A stretch of 64,000 bases of DNA, taken from assembly GCA_051294905.1 (NCBI GenBank), contig CM119378.1, positions 2,978,001-3,042,000 of the forward strand, written 5' to 3'. The DNA is from Botryllus schlosseri (lineage: Eukaryota). Under the pieces are notes generated by a model that saw only the letters and a list, made by a program, of their open reading frames with translations, made no database searches and was not told the DNA's origin. Each line of letters begins with the position of its first letter. Within the stretch, counting starts at the first letter, position 1. Of this stretch, positions 49,621-62,611 are shown piece by piece. The translations under genes were made by a program, and so were the position numbers.

Positions 49621-50648
49621 GCAATATGACGTAACGTGACGTCATGAGGTTCACGTTCGTGTTCACACAGAACCTTTCAAAAAGGTTCGCGTTCACACGA
49701 GCCTGAACCTTTCAGAGGTTCACACCATCCCTACAAAATACATAACAAACGGCAGTGATGGTGGTACAGAAAATATGCGTGCACAGTATTCGGTATTAGA
49801 TAGGAATGATCGATAAGACCGTGAAGGTCATCTAGTCTGATCACACCAGCATCAAACAGGTACACTTAACTCTGAACAGTCTGGCTGTAAAAAAATGTTT
49901 AGGTAAGAAAGGAAAATAGAAAAAAAATTAAACAATGGTAGCTAATGATCAATGTAGCAATGTCTTGGCGAGGTAGGGCAACAGTGTTAGTGTAACGACA
50001 AGAGGTGATCAAGTAGGGCTTTTTTGAATATATTATAAGGCAATTCACGGATATGTGGTGGTAATGCATTCCAGATGATAGGTCCCGAGTAGTCGATAGA
50101 TCTCTTAGATAGGTTGCTATTGGGTGGGGGTAAGTAGATGTTTCCTTTAGACGAGGATCTCGTGTAATGGGAATGGACATGTTTAGCAGGTATGAAAAAG
50201 TTATCAAACACAGGACGCAGACTATTGGAAAAATATTTTTGAACAACTTTTGATACTTCGTAGGCATTAGGCACATTAGAGTACGTTGCTCCAACTTTTT
50301 TCGATTTCCCATTTTCTGTCTCGGGAGTATATGTGGGAAGAGCAAATAAACACACGATACTGTGTGTTCTGCTCTTTAGCTCAATCTAACTTGAGAATTC
50401 ATAACAGTTTAAAAACGGTAAAGCAGCTTTTAGACTACCACCAAAATCTGAGTTTTTGTGGCATCTCGCGACCCGAGCCTCACCCATGAAACGGAATTCA
50501 ACATCAATATTACAGTGGTAAGCTACGATTTTACGAACATGTAGGCCTATGACATACAGAAAGCGCACACCACAATTCTATCCAACACTGATCTACAAAA
50601 TATGTCTGACGCACGCGATTTCAAATTAGGGAGAATTAAATTCCTCTA

Positions 50649-53600
50649 CACTGTAAAAAATAAAAACCTCGATTTACCGCGAAATGTTTGGAAGCACGGT
50701 AGCCAGACATTTCGTGGTAATTTAACATTACCGTTAGTCAATGTAAATTGAACTTACATTCGTCCGGTAATCTCACTTTACACGCCAGACTGTAATGTTA
50801 CAGTCACCTCCGGTATATCCAAACTACATTTTATCCTGTATATTTGCCACTCAGACTGTAATTTTACTGCCTACCCACATACATGCTGTCTGTGTAAATC
50901 AGGATGACATACCAGCTTGTAAATTCACGTACATCCCATACCTATCGCAAAACAACCTGATGCTAAAATATCGCAAAAGCTTCTTCACAGCCCCAAAACG
51001 AGATTGATACAAACTGTATATTCATTCATGATTCATGATGAGAAGATTATCGATGGAAAAGTATTGCTGCTGGAGGTCTAATTCTTCTTTAGGAGACATG
51101 CAGTAACACGAGTGGTCTCCCACCATCGGCCAAACTTCCAATTGTTTCTCTTTCTCGTCCTCATTCCTTCTGTGTAGCTAGTATCTTGCAGCTCCACTAA
51201 AAAGAATTCATGCGTAAGTCGCTATAATAAGCAAAGTTCCTAACCTAGACATGACAATATAAAGACTACTAAGACAAAGAGGGTAACAAAAATATAACAA
51301 TTTTTGAAGTACCGGTACTGATACATTGTGTGGTGACGGCTCCGCCTTTTACATGATATAGCAGAGATTCATGACCTACTTCACCATGCACTTTATTGCA
51401 TGCTGTTATTTCTTGACCCCCGATCATGATTGTCCAGCGTATCGGTAGTGGAAATATATTGAAATCGCCCAAATGTACCATAAAAAAAATTCTTTCGTGA
51501 GGAGCACACGATTCTGATTCCTGGTCAGATTTAGAAGGGCGCTACTATATTAAAATCGAAAAATTAAGTTATGTTGAATTGCGTGGAGCGCGAAGAAAAT
51601 TTCAAGAATAATTAAAATCTCTAAAAAAAATTGGGAGTGAATTAGTTATTTCAATTTGCATGTCGACGGATGCTAACACATACTAATTGAATTAGGTGTT
51701 GGCGGCCGCACCAATTCCCATCTACGGCAGCAGGTTGCTCATCCCTGATCTTATGTCTTATGCCATTGAATCCGTATTCCAGTCTTCAACATTTTTGACA
51801 AATTTCCCCAAACTTGTTTGAAAATAGCAAAAAAACATTGGACAGGACATCAATTTGTTTCAAGGTAGGTTGCACTGAGACTAAACCTAATGCTGGTAGT
51901 GTCTACAGAGAACAAGGCGTCGTTCTGTACTGCCATGCCCAATTCGATCAGTTTTGGAATTGAATTGAATCAAATTGTGTTGATATAGGGTAGCTTAATT
52001 GAGGGCGAAACCGAGCAACCTATATTGCATCGAAGTCTGTCTTACGCAGTGCAGTTCGCCAGCTATTAACAACAGCTATCCAGCGCAAAGAGCTTTAGGC
52101 TACTGCCAAAGCTATGAAGTAATGAATGACTTACACGTGGGAATTCCTCTAAATCTTCAAAGAATATCACAAATTTGCTTAAATGAAGTTGAGCGCGACT
52201 GCTGGAGTTTGAATTTGGCGAGCTTTCTTGAATACGAAATAAGTTTCATCTTCAACAATCGTCTTCTGAAAATGGTTGTGACACACATGTTTAGTCAGAA
52301 TTCATACAGACTTTGTCAATTTCTCGCGTTCCCCAGATTGAGAACCACTGATCTTATGTATTGAAGCAAAAGGTTCCTCATTTGAGGTGGCATGTGTACC
52401 AAACAAATCTAGCAGGGGATGGAAACATGTCTATGCTATGGCTCAAAATGACATAAACATCCCAACAGTGTCAACTACTCCGCGGCAGAGTATGTGGTGT
52501 CACAGGTCAGTATATAGGTCGACTAACATCCCAAAATAGAACAGAGAATGCGGCGAATGAAATATTTCAATCATGAAATCAAAGTCATCCCGGTGGTGTG
52601 CACAGTCGTAGATATTCAAGGTAACGAATACTATGTAGTACTGTACCTTTTACGATGCGTATCCCAATCAGCATTCCTAGGAATCTTCAACGATCGTGTC
52701 CACTTTCTTCAAGCACAAGCTTCGCTCCACCCTTTGCTCAAATCTCTATAATGGCCAAACGACGATACGCCACTCTAACGATTTCAAAATAAGTGGTATT
52801 CATCCGCTGACATGCCACCAATAATATTTACTGGCCACTGCGTTATAATGTTTGATTTAGGTCGTTTTTTTTACAGAAACATTTATCATTACATCTAGTC
52901 CCTTTCTTTCCCATCTAATTGCGTATAAATTGATATTTATTCCATGTGATGTCACTACTTACCGTACTTACGTAACCAGACGCTGCTTGTGATGTCACAG
53001 TGGTGCGTTGGTTGTTTACTACGAATCTCAGAAAAATTAGTAACGCGTAACGGTAACCTAATGTACGCTATTAAAGGTCGCCTTGTTCGCCATTAACAAC
53101 TGGTCAACTTAGCATGCGGCGCTGATATTTCTAGTTTCCCGAACAATGTTATACATCCTAAACTGATATTCCAACTCATCAGTCCTATCCGTGACACGAA
53201 TGTAACCAGCGAGACCGGCCGATAGCCACAGCCTTATAATATAATATAATGGCTATATCTACGATTGTCAGTTGTTTCTTTTACCCTACTATGTACTATA
53301 CTGAAATTGGTACTAGGGCCAACAATTTCCGTATGACAGACCCCAGTCTCGCGAACGAGGTTGAATCAGGTCAAATCACCACGAGAATGATATCAGTGAC
53401 ATTCAGTTCCACGTATACATTGGCTGCAGAGATTTTCAAGCTAATCAATTTTGTCAATAGCCTGGTAAACTTCAGAAACAAGTAACTGTCTGTCATTTTG
53501 CGAAGAAATTCTGGTAAATTGACTTTAGAGCTAAATTGAGGTAATATTACATATCAAAATGTAAAATTACAAGCTACGCACAGTTATTGGCAGCTACCGG

Positions 53601-53658
53601 TAATTCGTTGCAAAATTTACGGAGATTTCCCAGTAAATCTACCAGATTTTTTACAGTG
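50649..53658. mobile_element. CACTA/EnSpm-like (CACTG) non-autonomous element
   Basis: TIR CACTGTAAAAAAT/ATTTTTTACAGTG flanked by TA on both sides. Confidence 0.65.
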
Positions 53659-53702
53659 TACGTGTCGCAGTTGTACTACTGTCTACTCAGATTGTAAGAG
53701 AG

Positions 53703-54228
53703 CAGAGATGAGCGGATTTGAAATTTCTATGTCCTAATCCAATCCAAATCCAAACCTTCAAATCCAAATCCAAATCCATAACTTTTTCATATTCAAGTCC
53801 ATGTCCAATCCTAATCCGATTCCAACTGGAAATTCAGAAAAAATACTAATTTATGCACCATCATTGGTTTATTAGCAATTCTATCAGTTCAATACACCAC
53901 AAAAAATGCGATACAATGAAAAGAAAGGAAGATGTCGAAGCGACAAGGAGTTGTCTATGCAATGGAGGGGTTCGAAAATTTTCTTTCACAACCAACGATT
54001 CACTTGATTCAAGATAACTTAGTAAACATATAAGTACATTAATAACTGATCTGAATAAAGTTTGTCGCCATTCGCCACAGGACATTTCTATCTCCCAGAA
54101 AATAGGTAAATCCAATCCAAATTCTAATCCGTTCTGAAAAAATGTCTAATCCAAATCCAATCCAAATCCAACAAAATTTCACAAATCCTGTTTTTTCAAA
54201 ACCTAATCCTAATCCATGCTCATCTCTG
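53703..54228. mobile_element. hAT MITE with AATCCA repeats
   Basis: TIR CAGAGATGAGC/GCTCATCTCTG; TSD TAAGAGAG/TAAGAAAG. Confidence 0.8.
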
Positions 54229-56556
54229 TAAGAAAGAACGGGACTATTCAGTGCCGAAAACGGAGCATATATGTATCGAATGTTTTGGTCATCCAGAGTC
54301 GGTAATTTTTGGCTAAGGTTTTGTCGACGCTCATGTTTTGGCACCGCATTTTATCAGCGGCTTGTTTTTGTTGGCCTAAACTTTACGTCGTCATGTGACC
54401 CGACGCAGACGCGGTTGGCCTCGAAATGAACGAGCCTCACAGACCTGAACTCGCTCGTTGCACATCCCTAGTCCTGACACTAGTTCATTCCAGCGGTCTT
54501 CGACCATGTTTACCAGTCGGACAAATCTTATCATGAAATCTTAAGCCATATTTTCTGCGTGTCTCGCTTATTGGCTACAGTAAACAACACCGTAGCCTTA
54601 GATTTGTAAAAGCTATCGAAGGATTGTTCGCAATAAATTCAACAAATATTACATACATATTAACAGATAGCTCAGCCACTGTGTCGACCCAAAATTATAC
54701 CTTTTGCGGTCCATACTTTAATAACCCTTGAAGGGGTAAAAATTTGCGTTACAGTAACTTGCAAATGTGAGTCTGTAATGATGGTATTCACTACTATCCA
54801 CGTGCCCCGCACTAATCGAAAAGATATTACGAAAGTATGATGATTGTTTAGCGAAAGAAAGCAGAAGGTCAATTTGACGTCATTTTTTTCAGCCTGTCGC
54901 AGGCTCAGACGGGCTGATATACTGTATGTCTGCCACTACTACACAAGCTTCCAAACCAGGCTTTTGGCTACGTAATAATTATAGTGCGAAAATATTAATT
55001 CACTACGGCTTGTGAGAGCTACGATTAGTGGTGGGTCGTAAGTTAAACAAGTTTTTACAATTGCATCGCAACAACAAAAGTTACACTGCCCTTGAATTTC
55101 CTATTAGGTTTATTTGATTTATTCCCGGTCAGAAAAAATTAACAATTATTATTCACGATTTTCATTCGCACTCATCCGGGATTTTCATTCGCACCATTCG
55201 CACCACCTTCGTCATTCGCACTGAATTTTTTTTCATTCGCACAAGTGCGAACCGTCACACGGGTTGAAAAGCACTGGATTAGAACTTTACGGAATTCGCG
55301 AAAACCTGGAAGTTTAATCAAGATCAGCTCATATCAAATCAGAGTTCATTATTATAAGCATGAGAATGGCGACTGTCTGTATACAGCAAGCTTGGCTGGT
55401 TTTGTATCAGCATTTCTCCTGTAGCATTTTCGAGAAAACCAGAAATTACATTTGAATTAAAATTAGAGCATCGGCACAACCGACATCACCCTCCAATTCG
55501 TTAATTGGACAACTAGAATTATGTAGTTGCCCAAGTCTTGTATTACTATCTACTATCATTTTATCATATCGAAAGTAGGGAATAGAACTTTTCGGCTTGT
55601 GGAACACTAGAAAAGTCATAACACTCTAGCGGCACACTTGGGCCGAGAAAATATGCTTTAAAAAGATCGATGTGTTTTTTTATTACATGACCAGAACATA
55701 TACAATTGAAAGAAGGGTGAATTGTTTACAAACTTACCCGCATTTTGTAATGCACGTATGTAGATATTAAAATGATTTTTGGATATGGCGAACAAAACCC
55801 GCATTTTGTCATTATTTCCGAGCAGTGTCTCTCGTTTACGGCTTTTAACATCATTCAAAATAAAAAAGGTATGCCCATATCCACCTAGCTATGAAGATGC
55901 AAATTTTACCACCTATTAATTGTTTTTGCACCGATTATGGAATAGGATTTGCTATAGCAGACAGCTAAAAATCACCAAATTTATTTTGAAGAAATAGCTT
56001 TGATTGTTCGTACATCAATTAGCTGCTATTCTGCCATAACTGATTTCATTGTCACTTGTGCTTATTTATCGGCTGTTGAAGAAGTTAAGACATCTGTAAG
56101 TCGCGTATAATAGACTCCAGGCCTTTTATCAAAATATTTATGCAGTTCTTTTCTAATACTCCAAAAATGTTCGCGGCACACATGAGAATCTGTGGCGGAA
56201 CACAGTTTGGGAATCACTGGAATAGAGTTTCACCTATCATCATCTAAAAAGGCTGAAGTCGGGCCGAGCTTAATTATCTTTAAAGGGCATTCAGATCAAG
56301 TGACTTCCATAGCGCAGTCAGCGTACGGTGTATTCCAGCGTACCGACTACCGACGAAAATACCCGAAGTGTTTCATCGGAATATCGATATAGAAATAGTC
56401 GGTGTGATAACTTTAACTCAGCAACTTCGTTATTGTATTTGTCTGGGTGTCATGTCCTGTAAAATATACGGGTATTTGAAATCGCCAAAACCAAATAGAT
56501 TCCTGGTTCCCAACCTTTTTGCTGTTAAGGACGCCTTTAGACAAATTATCACCGAC

Positions 56557-58364
56557 GGCCACGGATGGTTTCAGACAGTTGGACAAGTCCGTCTTGTCAA
56601 AATTATTCGTGTTGGATAATCATAAATGAAAATGGCGGAAAGGAAGTGCTCGCCGTAGAGAAAACATGCCCAACTAAGAAAAGCGAGGACATTGCTGTTG
56701 ATGTGATGAGAATGGCGAAATCCCTGAACGAGATGTCTGATTCGTCGAGTAAGCAAATACGCTTTGTGTCTGACAGCGTAAGTGTCTATGTCAAGGCAAG
56801 AAACCTTTTAAAAGAGAATAAAGATTCAGGTATCGCATTGACTGGAGCTTGTTTGGCGCATCAATCAAACCTTCTTGTGAAGGACTTGATGAAAATTGAG
56901 CGAGTATGGGAAATAATCGAAAAAGCTGTTCAAGTTGCTGCATACATCCGAAAATCGGTGGCAGTTCGAACCGCTTTGTGCAAATACTATACGGACGAGA
57001 AACCATCCCGATGTGGCTGCCTGCCGAGTCAAGGTGGTACTCCTTTGCGACCTCGCTGGAACATGTTCTCAACATACAAACCGCAATTCAAGTTTTGTTT
57101 GTTGAGGACTGAGGAAAGCCGTACTTACAAAGTAAAAGCGCCACCTGTGTGAAATCAATAATTAATGATGAATCGTTCTGGCCAAACACACAAGAAATAT
57201 ACAAACTGCTCAACCCATACTGCGTAATCACGGGCCTGACAGAAATGGATTGTGCATCCGCAGGGCTCATTTTGACAAGTTGGACTTGGTTGAAGAGTTG
57301 TATATTATCAGCTGGTGCGTTTTTGCAGTCCAATGAGAAGGATTAATTGCTTGATAAAATGAAACGAAGGACAGCCCATTACATTGAGCCACACCAATTC
57401 GTGTCGTGGATTTTGGATCCAAGAGCGCGGGGATGCGGCTTAAATCAGTCAGGGAGGCGAAAGATAAGAGACCTTGCGCTTCAACTATTCAAGGATTTGT
57501 ATTCTTTGCGATCGACTTCTCACGAATTTGTCAAGCAATCGATGGCCTATGATATGAAAACAGGTGTCTTTCATGGAGACCGCTCAGTTTTGGCACCCTG
57601 CATTACAGCAAATCCCATGATCTTTTGGAGTGACGTACATTAGGATGCACCGGACATTTCGATGTTAGCCAAGACCTTACTATCATGCTCACCGCACGTG
57701 GCCTCGTGTGAACGACTATGGTCAGCAGCAGCTGCCACCGTTACCAAGACAAGAAATAGGCTAAGTTGCGGAAGTCTAGAAATGATTCTGAAGATTAAAA
57801 GTCACCATTCGCCTGGAAAGTCTGACTGTCAGAAATCGAAAGACTTATTAAGTTTAATAGAATACTTGCGGAGGAAGAAGAATCTGAGCAGGTTATCGAC
57901 GAAATCAGCGAAGCTGAGGAAGTACCCATCGAAACTAACGATGATGATACATACCCTACGACTCTTTTGAGTCGTGTAAATCAGTAAATGGTGTATTCAG
58001 TTGACTTGAAGGGCGGGACGATTTCATAACTCCGTCCATGATGCAGGATGACTTATTCATGGACAATATTGACGATGATGTCGTAAAAGTAAAGCAGCTA
58101 TTGCTCTATGCTGCTCAGTGTGCCGTGGAAGCCACACAGTGATTTTTTTTCAAAATGTTCGTTGAATACAAGAATTTTCTTCGAGCAGTCCATGCCGTGC
58201 AGTCGCAGTGATCACTCTATCGTCACTTTAGAAGGTATTCGTCATCATTAGGATATCATGGGTAGAAAAAAACAAAAAAAAAGCAATAAAAAACATGTTT
58301 TAAACAAGGGCCATGTTTTAAACATGTGTGTTTTAAATTGACTTTTGTTTTAAACACAACCCTA
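56557..58364 (+). pseudogene. Decayed, 5'-truncated hAT transposase and the element's right end
   Basis: Frameshifted and stop-interrupted pieces: DSWTS (first catalytic D), FVSDS, CLAHQSNLLVKD (CxxH), SRWYS, LDPR, FWS, LAKTLLSCSPHVASCERLWS...TKTRNRL (hATC dimerisation region). GTTTTAAAC subterminal repeats end in AACCCTA. Confidence 0.88.
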
Positions 58365-59425
58365 ATCACAGATGGACACGGGAAGCGGCGATTAGATGGT
58401 TGTTTGTTTGTTTATTTGTTTGTTTGTCGTATGTCATCGATCGGCAATCTTCTGTCCATTTTGCCTGTAATTCGCATGTTGACTTTTACACTGTTTCGAA
58501 ATATTTCCACTTAACTCCGTTGTTTGCTTATTCACATTCAGATTCAGGTTTCAGCATATTAGGGCTATGTTTGTATCATAGTCCACCATGATATCGATAT
58601 CTGCAAATCGACAAATTCGCGTGCTGCCCGCGGTTTAGAAGTATATTCAGCGGTGCGCCACTTCCTGTTTATTTAGATTCCTCTTATTTCAGCATATCAT
58701 GTCTGTATCAAAGTCCGGCATGATGCCGATCGGCAATCATAATCAGTACCAGTTTTATTAAGAATTTCATCAATTCAAAACACCACAAGATTGCGATACA
58801 ATGAAAAGATAGGAGGTGTCGAAACGAAATGAAGTAGTCTTTGAAATCAGACACACGGATGGGTGTAGACGTGGGTGACTTATCCGCTGTTTAGAATAAA
58901 TATACACCGTTATGCACCACTACCGACTTATTTAGATTCCCCTTATTCAGCATATCATGTCTGTATCAAAGTTCGCTATGTTATCGATCGGCAATTTTCC
59001 ACCAAACTCGCGTGGTTGACTTATCCGATGTTTAGAAATATCTTCCGCAGTGTTCAACTGATATAACTTATCATGACCCACGCAGCTGCGACTCTTGAAA
59101 AAAACAGTCTTGGTTTTGGCATTTTCTGAAATCCAGCATCCAATCCTTAACTCCATACGGAGTGAAAGTGATATCTTTTGTTCTCATGGCATTCAGATTT
59201 TTGGGGGCTCCACGGCCCCGAGCAAAATAAAACAAATGTGTTCGTAATCAGTATCCGGTAGCCTTCGATTGATTCGAATTTTATCAAATTTCACTCTCGG
59301 CACGACAGTTCAAACATTGCCGTAAATTGCCTTTGGTAAAATGGAGAGAATCAAGTACCGTAACCGTATCGCAGTGAGTTGTGTGATTTGGTTGTGTCTA
59401 CCTACACCATTGCATGACGCTATGG

Positions 59426-60473
59426 CAGAGGTCTCAAACTAAAATATGCCGGCTGGCCAATTTCTCAGTTTTTGATGACGAGGCGGGCCGCAGCATCAAT
59501 AATAGGTATATATTAAATGTATAATTTCCAAGTAGGCTTGATTAGACGGGACCTTGCAGACAGGCATTCCTCAAATATCATGAAAATGTAATTTACTACT
59601 GTACTATTCACGCTTGACACGCAAAAAATCACATTTTCAAATATTTGAATAAAATTGTTTTTGTGCCAGGTATAATTTTTTTGATCAATGAGTTACAGAC
59701 ATCATGCGAGAGGATGCATCATGACATCGTAAAACTGTCGGGGTATTATGTTGCAGTTAGTAGACCTTTTTTATTTGGCGTGCCACAATTTTATGTAGAA
59801 TATTTTAAAATCTACTGAAGATTGATTTAATATCAGAGCATTTAAGCGGGTTAGCCTAATTCTGGTTTTGATATAGTCGCGATAAGTATCGGCTATTGTT
59901 ACTGTCACTGCCCAAGTAAAATTAAATGAGCGTTAGATTTTGCTTTCGATTATTATTGGAACATATCGATAACAACTTGAATATAATCATTATTGAGACA
60001 TATCGTTGCTTCTTAACCTTTTTAGTGATCGTGCCCCTGTCCATTTTCAACACAATTTCTGATATACCCATATTAAAATCAGAAAGCCCAGTCACATAAA
60101 ATCGCGCATAGCGCAAATACTATTTTCGAGTTAAATAAATTGTCCAAGAAAATATTCATAGCATATAGGCCTAACTCCACAATTCATCTCGTACATCCCG
60201 ATGTGGTTCTTCGTATCCCAATGGGGTTTACGGACCCTGATTAAGAACCCCTCGAATAAAAATGTCCAATCGGCGAAGTATTCATTGGTGTTGCAGCTGT
60301 AGAGCGTACTACTATACCTTACCTATTTACCCACTGTTGAGATTTCAGGGATTTTGTAGTAGTTATAGCGTGAACTTCAAGTTCTTATATCCGAAAAAGA
60401 TATATGGCACTTATTGTACATATTGTTGAATACTTGAAATTTCAAAATGCGGGCCGCGTGTTTCAGACCTCTG
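59426..60473. mobile_element. hAT MITE
   Basis: TIR CAGAGGTCTCAAAC/GTTTCAGACCTCTG; TSD CGCTATGG/CACTATGG. Confidence 0.8.
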
Positions 60474-60598
60474 CACTATGGTATACTAAAAAGCAGAGGT
60501 GAACTATCCTGAAGTCAGGTCAAGAAATAACAGCCTGCAAGAAATTGACTAATAACAATTGGTTCACCCGTAGATGCATCATCATTTATAACTTGACA

Positions 60599-60632
60599 CA
60601 TTCGCGTCTGACCGCCGAGGTGTGCGGACGTG
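60599..60632 (+). promoter_or_regulatory. Putative internal Pol II promoter (Inr plus DPE-like) of the LINE
   Basis: CATTCG at the apparent element start and GGACGTG ~27 nt downstream, as known for I/Jockey-type LINE 5' ends; spacing is about 1 nt off canonical. Confidence 0.45.
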
Positions 60633-62611
60633 TCTAGATTGAGCAGCTCATCCTGCAATCAGCGTCGAGAGCTTGTTGCGAGGTTTCGGTTTTGTGGTGT
60701 AAAGGCTTACTTATAGTAATACTCTAGCGGTACTCAGATAGGATTACGTGCAGTGGGAAGTTATTAGCTGTATAAGCCACCATCCCGCCTGATGGCAGCG
60801 GATGTTGGTAACGATGACATGGAATTTACTGTTGTCACATCAAAACGCAGTAAAAGGGGTTCACAAAGCGAGTCGGATGGTGATAGTCCGCCATTGAAAG
60901 CATTGAATAAGTCTGATGCAGACTATTCTGGCCGCTCAGCCGATTCAGCTCGCACCGAAAATTTGAAAATAGTTGTAGAGGGTAAAGATAGGAAGATGAA
61001 ACACTATCATCCTACCACAGTGAACAAGTGCTTTCACGCAGTGATTGGTAATTATGAAGAGATCCGTGTCTTCCCGTCGGGAGACTTACTCGTCACCTGC
61101 CACAATCGCACGCAGGCCGATAAGCTCCTATCTCTAGATATGTTTACGGACGGAGTAGTGTCAATTCCAGTTAATACGGGATGTTTCGATGAGAGTAAAC
61201 TGCATCAGCATGCGTCTAGGGCCGTTATCTGAGGTGTGCCAGCTGGCATGTCAGAATACGAAGTTGTTGAATTCCTCAGCGAATCACACGTGTGCTTTGC
61301 TAAACGTCTAGAACGCAAGTCCACTGATGGCTATGTTGCTAGTTTGTCAATGCTGCTCGGGTTTGATGTTCCAACACCTCCAGATGAGTTGTATATTGGA
61401 TATCTTCAATTCCAGACCAATCCCTATAATCCTCCCCCATTGAGGTGCCACCGATGCAATAGATTCGGTCACACGAAGGCAAATTGCGGTGGAAGAAAAA
61501 CGTGCTCCAAATATGGGAGTCATGAGCATCATCAGTGCGATCAGGAAAAGAGGTGTGTCAATTGCAAAATGCGCCATAGCGCAGCTTACGGTGGGTTCCC
61601 AGTGTATAAGAGGGAAGTCAAAATACAAATAATTCGAGAACGAGAAAGTCTATCGTATGTCAATGCTAAAGCGAAAGCACCAGAAACATCTTCACATACA
61701 CAATTGTCGCCAACTCTCAGCGGTAAAACTTATAGTCAGGCTGTACACCGTCGGCAGGCTGTACACCAACGTCAGAATGCCTCTGCTAAGTCAACTTCGG
61801 CGAAAATCAGTCCGCCGCGACAACCCCTTCCAAATGATGCGAACTTATCCTTATTGGAGACCTCTTCTCATGTAAACGATGCCACCGAGGCCGCCTGTAC
61901 CCTGTCCGAATCAGACCACGACTTGTCAATTCTCTCTATCATCTCTTCTACACATCCGTTACTATTCTTCGCATTCATATGCGAAATTGTGAACCTCACA
62001 GCTAAAACTTGTCGTTCAAGCGATGATATCGATCTTCCGTCATTGATTACCTCCGCGGCTCAGAAGTGGCTTAGCGTTTTTTTCGACCCTGAATCACTGA
62101 AAAGCCTCTTGAGCGCAGTTCCACAAAATGTATAAGAACGCTGGTGTTCTTATCCTGCAATGGAACTGCAGAGGAATATATAGGAAGTTACCTTAACTGA
62201 AGAACTTAATATCAGGAGGCCTAGGGAGTTGTTCTTTTATGTTAATTCAAGAGACACATCTTATTGATAAATATGTTCCAAAGATTAAAGGGTATAAAGA
62301 AAAGATAAAACACTTCACAGTGGTGGGCTCACTTCACAGTGGTGGGCTAGCCATTCTAATTAATAAGCAATTGTCTTATCGAATTCTCGATATTCAGTCA
62401 CCCGGCGGTGGTAGATGCGCTGTGCATCGAAGTGAACGGTTTGTGGATCTGTAACATATACTGCTCTCCCGAGTACCGAGTTGTTGATGGTGACTTAAGA
62501 CTTCTTGGGTGACCTGTCAGATAGGTCTTTGTTATTAGGTGATTGATTTCAATGCCCATCACTGGTCATGGAGTGCTAGAAACTCGAATCGCAGAGGTCA
62601 CATGTTGTATG
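60599..62611 (+). mobile_element. 5' part of an I/Nimb/Jockey-type LINE: 5' UTR, gag-like ORF1 (60792-62135, internal stop at 61230) and start of ORF2 APE endonuclease (from 62128, decayed)
   Basis: Three zinc knuckles, two degenerate (CHRCNRFGHTKANC, CSKYGSHEHHQC, CVNCKMRHSA); ORF2 motifs ILQWNCRG, IQETHL, GGLAILI, CNIY, DFNAHH..W; interrupted by a MITE at 62612. Confidence 0.88.

Larger units (their letters stand above)
47951..49733. mobile_element. hAT MITE (GTTCAC repeats) inserted in the LINE 3' UTR
   Basis: TIR TAGCGATGGTGTGAAC/GTTCACACCATCCCTA; TSD CAAAATAC. Confidence 0.85.
47903..50260 (-). mobile_element. 3' fragment of the same LINE as 42583-43921, interrupted by a MITE
   Basis: 47903-47950 plus 49734-50260 are the reverse complement of ~43353-43921, including the (GA)n tail; ORF 49987-50355 ends KKALLDHLLSLH*. 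Confidence 0.9.
47412..55276. mobile_element. hAT MITE (TTCATTCGCA repeats) expanded to 7.9 kb by nested insertions; itself inserted in the AATTAG-repeat element at 47286-55540
   Basis: TIR CAGTGGTTTTCAACC/GGTTGAAAAGCACTG; perfect TSD GATTAGAA. Confidence 0.85.

Noticed and set aside
61230..61232. In-frame TGA in LINE ORF1 as programmed readthrough or selenocysteine
   Set aside because: Best explained as a CGA>TGA-type decay mutation in an I-x-G-V-P motif; the element has other stops and degenerate zinc knuckles.
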